The notes under the pieces were generated by a model. That model searched no databases, was not told the origin of the DNA, and worked only from the letters and a program-made list of their open reading frames with translations. 64,000 nucleotides of DNA from Paragordius varius (lineage: Eukaryota; Animalia; Nematomorpha): positions 8,370,001 through 8,434,000 of the forward strand of contig OZ176050.1 of assembly GCA_964247055.1 (NCBI GenBank), read 5' to 3'. Shown here in pieces: positions 55,263-64,000 of this stretch (the stretch's first letter is position 1; every line of letters starts with the position of its first letter). Position numbers and translations under genes: made by a program.

Positions 55263-56736
55263 TTAATACATATGCAAATTTTTATATATTTTGTAATGCT
55301 ATAGTTTTTGTGAGATTTGCATTGTCTTATTTTTATATTTTTGTATTATATTATATATCCATTTGTTACTCGAAATTTTATTGTTACCAGCATGCAAATT
55401 ATGTTCACTTAAAAATAGTATATATATAGAGTACAAAAAATTCAATAAATATCTTTCAAGTTTTACGTTTTATACCTTTGTTACCTTCTTGAATCTGGTG
55501 GCCAAGCGAATCCCAACTAATCTAACAACTAATCTAACATAACGGTGGAGCTCTCACCGAGTAAACTTGGATGGTGGATATAAAGTCCAAAGTGCAACAA
55601 CCATGACAATGTCAATTACCAATATCACCAACATGTCCACCAAAATAAATATAATGATAATACCAATTATAACAATGGTAATAATTTTAATCGATTACAA
55701 CAATCAAAACCTCGGACACATTCGCGCAAGGGTTATGGGAGTATTCATGGGCCAAGCAAATGTCCCGCCTGGAAACGCAATTGCAAATGGGCAAAACCCA
55801 ACCACTTCGCTAAAATGTGTAGATCAAAAAACGCTGCTAAGAGTGTGTTCAACCGCTAGATCCATAGAAAAGCAATGCCAACCGCCAGCGCACTGAAAGC
55901 GAACGGGCTAAGAATCTGTAGCGACTCTAGAATCACGATCAAATGGCTGCAGTCACAGCATTCAACATTTGATGGTTGGCAAGTAAGATTGGCGCGCACA
56001 AGCTTTTAATAAGATTGATCTGTAAGACGTTTACCTCCCCAGGCCGATGGCTAAAGAGTCGCAACACCCTCTACAATTTCAACGAAAAGAGGATGCTTCC
56101 GTTACAAAACCGTTCAGATTCCCCACAGCGCCGATAATATTTCAGTGCGACTGGACCAGTTTAACAAGAAATGGTCCAGGATGGCGTGAGGCATAGAAAT
56201 GAAACGCGTTGACACACACAACACAGGATGTTATCTTTCAAATTATGATTCGTCGACACACACAACACATGATGTTATCTTTCAAACTATGATGTAACTT
56301 ATGCAAATATTCGTCGACAAACCCAACACATGATGTAATCTTCCAAACTATGATTCGTCGACACACAACACATGATGTTATCTTTCAAACTATGATTCGT
56401 CGACACACAACACATGTTGTTTCAAACTATGATGTTACTTATTATTCGTCGACAGACCCAACACATGATGTTATCTTTCAAACTGGTATTATTTCTCTAA
56501 GGGTGAAGTGATGATACATATGCAAATTTTAAATATATATTTTGTATGTATGCTATAGTTTTTGTGAGATTTGCATTGTCTTATTTTTATATTTTTGTAT
56601 TATATATCCATTTGTTATCGAATTTTATTGTTATATGCAAATTATGTTCACTTAAAAACAGTATATATATAGAGTAAAAAAAACCGAATAAATATCTTTC
56701 AAGTTTTACGACTTAAACTTTTGCTACCTTTTTACA
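55263..56736 (+). mobile_element. Small non-autonomous LTR element (~1.47 kb) nested in the 5' LTR of the Gypsy element
   Basis: LTRs at 55263-~55493 and 56512-56736 (3' copy TG...CA); 4-bp TSD GTGA (55259-55262 and 56737-56740); PBS-like TGGTGGCCAAGCG at 55496; PPT AAGGGTGAAG; gag knuckle remnant HGPSKCPAWKRNCKWAKPNHFAKMCRSK (~55750-55830); no pol. Confidence 0.88.
56207..56484 (+). repeat. Tandem array of ~42-60-bp units inside the nested LTR element
   Basis: About six units built on TCGTCGACACACAACACATGATGTTATCTTTCAAACTATGAT, some with short insertions. Confidence 0.9.
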
Positions 56737-59253
56737 GTGATACCCCTAGTTAATGTTGATTGTAGCTTCAAGCAAATAGTTAGTATATATTTCTTATATT
56801 GTGAGAACACAGACACATGTTTGATTTTGGTATTTATAAATGTTTTCTTTGTAAATATAACTCTACTTCTATTATTGGCGCGGCAATGAACCTGGCAAAA
56901 ATTTCTCTTGAAAGCTTTGATGAAAAGGAAAATTTTGACCTATACGTTTTATACATTCAGCGAATGCTAGCTGCAAAAAACATTAGGCAAGCGACAACAA
57001 TGCAAGACGTTATTTCTCGCTTACGCAAGAATGTCGGTCTCAAAGAAATTCGATCAATTCCTTTTCCTCGCTTGATAATACCTCCTGGACATCATTGCAG
57101 CGGGCAGGAAATATAACGAATCGAATAGGACAAATATATTCCAGGCCAGATTTTATTTCGTAAAACTTCATCGGAAAGAAAATGAAACATTTACGGAATT
57201 CTTTTTACGAGTCAAAAACGAAGCCGCAAATCCAAGCTTGACGTCGATGAAAAAATGCGCGACGCGTTCATTGCAGGCCTGGGAGTGGAAAAATTAGAAT
57301 TAGATCTGTTTTCTAGATTCCCCGACGCCATGTGGCAAAACGAAACTGCCTAAAACAAATAGTAGACATTGCTCTCAACTATCAAAAAGCACATCAACTA
57401 ACAACAATAGGCCAGATATTGCAGACTACAGCTCGGAAATACCAAAACAAGTGTCGATTCTGCGGGTTAGGTCATGCACCCGGCAGATGCCCAGCTTCGG
57501 ACAAGCAATGTTATAAGTGCCAAGGCTGGAATCACTTCCAATACTGTAAGAAGAAAAGGATTAGCAACGTAGCATGTCGAATGTGGAACCACCCCCAAGA
57601 TAACAATAATAATTAATTGTAAGCCAATACACATCATTATAGACACTGGTTCAAGTGTATCTATAATTAATTGTCAAGCGTGGGAAAAAAATTGGAGAGC
57701 CCGAGTTGAAACAAACAGGCCCAGATTTGTATAGCTATGGTGGACAAAGAATCAATTCCAAGGATAAGTGTACGCCTGGGTAAAATGATGAGATGGTGAA
57801 ACAAAATCTTTGGCGTGTATGGTTGTAAGCGGCAAGAATGCCCCAGCGATTCTTGGTTGTGGCTACAAAAATTCCCGAATGCTATAAAACAGTTGATAAA
57901 TTGTCGTAAATGTTTTAATAATAGTATATTTGAGGAAATTTCACTTGTTAATAAATTTAATTCATTTTGTTAAAAGTTAGGGTGTTTCACTGGAACCCCT
58001 ATCAAACTTTTTTTAAAAAACAATACAAAACCAAAAATTTTTAAGTGTCGCCGCATCCCGATTCCGTTAAAAGAAAAAAGCGACTCTGAAATTAAGAGAT
58101 TTTTAGAAGCGGACATAATCAAACCATTAGACCCTACGACTGAGAAACTAACCTGGGCCACCCATATTGTTTGTATAACAAAAGCGAATGGTGCCTTAAG
58201 GTTATGTGCAGATTATCGTGTTACAATAGATCCACATCTAGTAGATGACAGTCATAAAATACCGACATTTAACGAATTAGTTTCCAAAATAGGATTAGGA
58301 TAATCATTTTAGGTAATCGATTTCAAAGAGAATATCTGCAATTGCCAATAGATCAAGAAAGTCAAAAGTTACTAACAATTACCACCCCCCTAAGGTATTT
58401 ACATATAAAAGGCTTCCCTTTGGCCTAACAAGCGCCTCCTGCATTTTTCAAAGATTAATGTATAAGATTTTAGGTGACTGCCCAGGAACAGCTGTATATT
58501 TAGACGATATTTTAATAACAGGAAAAAACCGAAACGAACATAAAAGAAACTTAGAAAAGGTATGTAGGCGTCTAGACGAATCTGGCTTAAAATTAAGTAA
58601 AAGCAAAACTAAAACTTTTTCAACCGTCTGTAAACTATTTAGGATATGTTATAACAAAAAACGGCATATCACCAGCCGCCGATAAAGTTAGAGCCATACA
58701 AGACTTCCCAACACCCACTGACAAAACAACACTTAAGTTCTTCTTAGGCTTAATAAATTTTCACACACGATTCCTCCCCAAATTGCATGGAAGTTTGGCC
58801 ATATTTCACGACCTAAGCAGTTATAAAAAAACCTTAGATATGGACCATAAACCATGAGGACTGTTTTAACAGAGCCAAAAATTTAATATGTCACACTGTG
58901 AAACTACCGTTCAACCCTGAGTTACCAATAATAATCGAAATAGACGCCTCGAATAAAGACGGAGCAGTGGTACTACGGACAACACAGGAGGGCATAAATA
59001 AACCCATTGCCTACGCATCTAAAAATGGTCTAAACCCGAAGAAAATTATTCAGTGATAGAAAAGTAATCACAAGCCATACTTTTCGCTTTTGAAAAATTT
59101 AAAAATTACGAGGAAGGAGTTTGAGCTGCGTACTGATCACAAACCACTAATAAAGCTGTTTGGAAATAATCGTAAACTAGACCAAATAAATAATTCCATA
59201 TCACGTTGGATATATAAAGCTAGCGAAAATTACAATCTTCGGTACATTAAAAG

Positions 59254-59279
59254 CCACGAAAGTAGGATCTAACTTAACA
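59254..59279 (-). mobile_element. Inverted 26-bp copy of the start of the element's own LTR, embedded in pol
   Basis: The reverse complement reads TGTTAAGTTAGATCCTACTTTCGTGG, versus TGTTGAGTTAGATCCTACTTTCGTGG (5' LTR) and TGTTAAGTTAGATCCTATTTTGGTGG (3' LTR). Confidence 0.92.
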
Positions 59280-59281
59280 TC

Positions 59282-59555
59282 CCTACAATACATAGCAATA
59301 TTATAAAAGCCAGGAGTTGTCCTCAACAACATACAGGTTAACGCATGTCGTGTTTGATGTTTCTAAAATTTGCTCCAATGTTTTAATCACGTCCTTTGAA
59401 TCAACTTTGCTATGTGGCAAACCAACATGATCTATCCAACCAACATAGAATTCAGAATTGATTAGAGGTCCGGGCGGTTCTACTGCTCTCTGCTTGGCAA
59501 AAGCTTCATTTACATTGCCACCGGTTCCGAAATCAATTGTAGCAGACCCTTGTTT
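59282..59555 (-). pseudogene. Captured fragment of a glycoside hydrolase family 35 beta-galactosidase (GLB1-like)
   Basis: Translation [77 protein letters not shown], then after a frameshift TTPGFYNIA. This matches human GLB1 as recalled: [49 protein letters not shown]...VNLYMFIGGTNFAYWNGA. The nucleophile Glu codon is at 59451-59453. Confidence 0.88.
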
Positions 59556-59805
59556 TAATTGTAAATAAACGACTCGGATTACTCTCATAAGAAATCAGAG
59601 ATGATAACAAAATCATCCGAAAACACGCCGATCAACTGAGACCAAGAGAAGGAAGCGAAAAATAATGGGAAAGACAACTTCATTCGAAGACTCCACCATG
59701 GCATGACCTATATGTCAGGTGCCCTACTGCCACGATCGAAGCCACGACATTACCTCAGCCCCAACCCTCGAAATCCATCATTGAGTCACCATCCCAATAA
59801 CACCC

Positions 59806-59885
59806 ACCATAGCACCTACCACTGGCATTCACACAGCACCTACCACTGACACTCACACAGCACCTACCACTGACACTCTCACAGA
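59806..59885 (+). repeat. 24-bp tandem repeat (about 3 units) in the pol 3' tail
   Basis: CACAGCACCTACCACTGACACTCA-like units. Confidence 0.85.
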
Positions 59886-60026
59886 ACGGCGATACCCTAC
59901 ACGAATCCGACACCCACCAGATAAATATCAAGGACAGGGAAAAAGTGATGTTAAGTTAGATCCTATTTTGGTGGACACAAACGCACCTATATAATTGTAA
60001 ACACTTATAACTCTTTGTGATACACC

Positions 60027-61366
60027 TAGGGTTGTGATTTTGACCCCCTTTTTTCGAAAAAGGAGGTCCGACCTAGGTCATACCATATGTTATTGCCAAT
60101 GATAAATAACTACATACATAAATACTTGATTAAAATACATAGAAAAGGTTTTTACATAAAGTATATATTTTTTTTAAATTATACTTCCTATCCTGATAAT
60201 GTAAATTTCTACAATTGACGATCTTTGGAATCATACATAAAGACTTATAGAAAGTTTCAAATCACAGAAAGCTAAGACTAACAAGAAAATATGGATTTAT
60301 TGAACCTATTTATGCTCTAATTATTTAGATTGTGTAAAAACGAGTCTTGTCCATGAACTTAAAGTTAACAAAAAAAATTTTATATTGGAAATTTCTTATA
60401 CGATTTATTAGAATATATAATCGTGCTCACTACATTTAAAATTACAATAATCTTAAGTTTAATATATTCTTTCATCAAATTATTTAAAATATGACATTGG
60501 CATTTATATATTGGATATATTAATCAAATTTTCAGCAGCCTTCATGTTCGCTGCGGTCACAATGGCATTAATTATTTTAACGAATATCTTTTATTAGTTT
60601 CATTATGTTATAGATACATTCAGTCTTACTATGATAAGATGTGTCAATAGTAAAAAAATAATTTTATATCCTTGGCCAATAAATAATATTAATTTGCTTC
60701 CTACGAATATTGGTAAAGGGATCGACGATTAATGAAATATTATTTTTACATATTCCAATAACTTCTATTTTTATATTTTCATAACACAAATCTAGAAATT
60801 CATTGATCTGTTTTTTATTTGGAATAGCATAATTAGGTTTAAACTATGAATGAAACTTCGTAAATGTTTATTTTCAACTATGTTAAGAGTTGAGGATATA
60901 AAAATAAATTTTGCTAAATGTTTGGCTAATTTCTCTTAAAAACAAAAATTTTTAATCCTAAACTTAAGAAATTAAATAATTAGCTTGCTTTCGACCATCA
61001 CCCTCTGTCATATAATTTATTTCATGAACTTCTTTTAGATATTTCTTCATTCGGTTTTTATTTAAATATATAAATATATATATAGTGTAATTGCATTTCT
61101 TGCATGTAACTTGATTTTTTGGTCTAAAAATTTCCAAGGTTAATTTCATTATGATATAGGAAGTAAAGAAAAGATGTGTATCATATGATATTTAAAACAA
61201 AATAATACATATATAGATAATATAAGGTTTTGTTTTGCTAAAAATTGTAAAATTAAAAAAATAAAAAATTAAAAAAAATTGACCTAGGTCATTTTTTTTC
61301 GTGGTCATGACCATAGTCATGACCTAGGTCATGACCCTAGGTCAATGACTAATGGGCACAACCCTA
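60027..61366 (-). mobile_element. Decayed, deleted hAT (Ac-type) transposon nested in the 3' LTR
   Basis: Perfect TIRs TAGGGTTGTG and CACAACCCTA; perfect 8-bp TSD GATACACC (60019-60026 and 61367-61374). Minus-strand transposase remnants: BED-finger-like VTCKKC...MKKYLKEVHEI, LAKFIF...NIVENKHLRSF, IVDPFTNIR (DGWTN-like), TIDTS, AIVTAANMKAA and CHILNNLMKE. Confidence 0.92.
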
Positions 61367-61609
61367 GATACACCTAGTTAATGTTAATTGTAGCTTCAAG
61401 CAAAATAGTTAGTACAGACACATGTTTGATTTATTTAATAAATGTTTTCTTTGTGATATAAATCTACTTGTATTAGGAATAAAAGCTATATAAATCCATT
61501 TTATTATTATACCCAATTAATGTATTTTCAAAACCAAGTATAAAATTTATATAATTTTGATGTCTTAAAAAATTATTTATCAATATATAGATATTTCTAA
61601 AAGTAATTT

Positions 61610-62040
61610 TCATACTCTTTCAATGGCAGCTATGGCTAAACTAGAGCACACAACTCCGATAATGCTGACCAATATAACAAACGATAACACAATTACTAAA
61701 TATACATGGAATAAAAATAAACTTAAGAATGATAAAAAAATTAACATAAATTCTATGGATTGCTCTATCATAAAATCTAAAATAAAATTATCAACAAAAT
61801 CTATATCAAATTATAAGTAAAATAAATTTATATTAGTTTTATGAAAATAATTTGCCATCATGTAACTTGACTGATTTCCAATCTGCTTGGTGTCAAAGTT
61901 GCTGTTTGGAAACGTTTGTTCTTTCCCATCTATCGTAATGGTCAAATTTAATTTTCCGATTACGCTGTTATCTATTTGCGATACTTTAGCAGATGTGGTT
62001 ATTTCAATAAGTGCCCCAATAATCAAAAGTAGATTAAGAC
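61610..62040 (-). other. Possible exon or pseudo-exon of a small secreted or membrane protein
   Basis: Follows an acceptor-like TTAAAATTAG|G. The 143-codon frame has a hydrophobic start (LNLLLIIGALIEITTSA), a polar middle, one internal TAA (61811-61813) and a long hydrophobic tail. No family was recognised. Confidence 0.25.
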
Positions 62041-62747
62041 CTAATTTTAAAATAATTAATATACATAGACATATTAATATTATATATATATATATATATA
62101 TAAGGTATCACAATTTAGCGATACATGTTTTAATCCAGGCATGTCACGCTTTTTTCGGTACGCAAAATTGCTTAAAAATGTTAAAAATAGAAAAAATTAG
62201 ATTTCAATCCTAAATTTAGCAGATATATTATCCAAAATATGGAAAATAATAAAAAATCCTAAATATATTCAACCGCAATGATATTTGACTCCTATTTTAA
62301 TCATTCGATGAAAATTGGAACAATTTTTTTTTATTTACGGATTAAAAACCTTCCTTCATAAAGAGCTATTGTAAAGGCGCCTATAAATAGATTAAGTCAT
62401 TATCATTCACTTTTTCAATCACAAGTATAGATAGTTTAATGAAAGAAATTGGGCTTACTAAATCCGAAAAAATAGGAACTTATAAGAAATAAATGAAAAT
62501 AAAATGGGGCAAACATCTGATTAATAACATTTTGGCTAAATTAATATTATATGGATATAGACCACGTTTAAAAGATTTATCATATGTTTGCAGTTCTAAA
62601 GACGGGGGCCCTAGATCGGAGATCGAAAATTGGTAACGAGCCTAGGATAAATGTTGAAAAGTTTTTCAATATTAGTTTCGATACGACAGTCCTATTTAAT
62701 GGAATAAGAAACTTTTTAAAAATAAACACGCATAACAAATACCGCAC

Positions 62748-63287
62748 TATACCATTTGCACTTCTAGAGTGTCCTTGAACACTTCAAGTTGGTCCTTGAA
62801 CAATTCAAGTTGATCCTTTGACTTTGTTTTGTATTTAACTTTTATCAATCAAATCGTAAATAATATCATCTATTTTATTGTTATTAACCTATTTTCTATT
62901 ATTTAACATAAATTTAAAATCGATATCAACTTTTAATCTTTGAGAAACCGTATATCTTTATTAATTTCTTAAAATAATTTTGGATATTTATAAGATTTTA
63001 ACAAGAATTGAAAAATATAGAAGTTTTCTGAGTTATTAATTAAAATTTTTAATCAAAAACATTTAAAAGTCAATAATTTTATTCAATTGAAAAAAAATAG
63101 TTTGAAACAAAAAAGTGGTTTTTCAATAAAATTTTATTTTAAATGAATAAATATATAATAAATAAAGAAAATTAGCTTAAGTAATAATAAAATAAAAAAT
63201 AAATGCAAACATTATGGTTAAATCAAAATTTATAAATTTTAAGGACCAACTTGAAGTGTTCAAGGCTCTAGAAGTACAAATGGTATA
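62748..63287. mobile_element. MITE with ~50-bp TIRs, same family as 51221-51538
   Basis: Left end TATACCATTTGCACTTCTAGAGTGTCCTTGAACACTTCAAGTTGGTCCTT; right end AAGGACCAACTTGAAGTGTTCAAGGCTCTAGAAGTACAAATGGTATA; both ends are flanked by CAC. Confidence 0.8.
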
Positions 63288-63469
63288 CACTATAAAAACT
63301 CATAAACTTTATAAAATTTATGGATGATGTTATTTGAATCTGACTAGGTTTATATGAATATTAAAATAATTAGTAACCGCTGTTTGTTTCGATTGGTGGA
63401 AAAATTATTGCTTTAACGAGTGTTTATTTAATGTCATTAACAATTTGATATCTCCATAAAATAAAGTGA

Positions 63470-64000
63470 CCAGATAGGCTGTTTTTCGCAGTACAGTACT
63501 GGGTTTTCGAAAAAAAACCGCGCCCGTACTGCGCTGACTTTTGTACTGCTTTTTGAAATTTTATAAATATGTTTTAATTAGCATTTATTCATACAAGTTT
63601 TGTTTGTAGAATTCGATAGAGTAACCTTAGTTAAAATAAATAAATGGTTTTTTTTGCTCTAAAAAACTCTGGCTCTTAATTTCAATATTTAATTTTTTGC
63701 TTTAATTATACATGGAGTTGGGTTTTGGACCGGTCAAATCGCTTATGAATGCAGCCATTCGCGAAATGGCAGAACTATCAATATTCCAGATTTAGGCCAA
63801 CCTTTCACTCAGGGCTTCCGCAAAAGCGACCTCAAAAATAAACACAAAATAAAAATATTTTAGTAATTTGATCTTTTGAAAATTCATTTTTGTTTCATAT
63901 AGGTTTCAGCTAAATTAAATTTGTTTGAGTTTACTTTAATTATAATTATCAAACGGAAAATTTTTATATTTCCACAACATATTATTTAAATTCAATATAT
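63470..64000. repeat. Third copy of the ~1-kb repeat family seen at 43527 and 44522 (runs off the window)
   Basis: Begins CCAGATAGGCTGTTTTTCGCAGTACAGTACTGGGTTTTCGAAAAAAAA and shares GGTCAAA.CGCTTATGA.TGCAGCC.TTCG and CTTTCACTCAGGGCT.CCGCAAAAGC with the second copy. Confidence 0.85.

Larger units (their letters stand above)
56886..59948 (+). pseudogene. Frameshifted gag-pol of the outer Gypsy element
   Basis: gag CRFCGLGHAPGRCPASDKQCYKCQGWNHF (~57450-57540); protease IIIDTGSSVSII (57642); RT LRLCADYR, LPFGL and YLDDILITG (58497); RNase H IDAS, IAYASK and FELRTDHKPLIKLFG; integrase C-terminal tail RLGLLS*EIRDDNKIIRKHADQLR (~59570-59645) and RRYPTRIRHPPDKYQ. The integrase zinc finger and DDE core are absent. 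Confidence 0.92.
55191..61475 (+). mobile_element. Decayed Gypsy/Ty3-type LTR retrotransposon with both LTRs interrupted by insertions
   Basis: 5' LTR = 55191-55262 + 56741-56874; 3' LTR = 59949-60026 + 61375-61475 (5 differences in the first 72 nt). Flanks GGAAG and GGAAT form a 4-5-bp TSD. PBS-like TGGCGCGGC at 56876; PPT AGGACAGGGAAAAAG before 59949; domain order gag-PR-RT-RH-(IN). Confidence 0.93.

Noticed and set aside
56207-56484. Repeat array resembling a CRISPR locus
   Set aside because: Units are head-to-tail without unique spacers, the context is eukaryotic, and no cas genes are present.
59301-59588. The 95-aa minus-strand ORF treated as an intact gene or as integrase
   Set aside because: Its Met and first residues come from the antisense of the integrase tail. 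The GH35 part is truncated at both ends and frameshifted, so it is a captured fragment.
1-64000. tRNA, rRNA or other structured RNA genes; species assignment
   Set aside because: None recognised by eye (tRNAscan-SE and Infernal were not run). The sequence supports only an AT-rich animal genome, not a particular taxon.

Overview
AT-rich animal (invertebrate-type) nuclear DNA. I can support only one intact gene: an intronless class III POU homeodomain transcription factor (POU3/Brn/vvl/ceh-6 group) on the minus strand at 9185-14122. At 1645 aa it is several times longer than typical POU3 proteins. The ~50 kb upstream is a gene desert; I recognised no transposons in its proximal ~15 kb, whereas it is transposon-dense beyond ~29 kb (decayed hAT, mariner, Gypsy, Helitron-like and MITE elements). 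The most unusual structure is a decayed Gypsy-type LTR retrotransposon at 55191-61475. (i) Its integrase core is replaced by an inverted ~300-bp cassette made of a GH35 beta-galactosidase (GLB1-like) coding fragment, which includes the catalytic-nucleophile motif, fused to the first 26 bp of the element's own LTR. (ii) Its two LTRs were interrupted at overlapping positions by different element classes, a small LTR element and a hAT transposon. (iii) The nested small LTR element carries seven perfect POU octamer motifs (ATGCAAAT), about 41 kb upstream of the POU3 gene. All assignments come from reading the sequence and recalled family motifs; no database searches were run.
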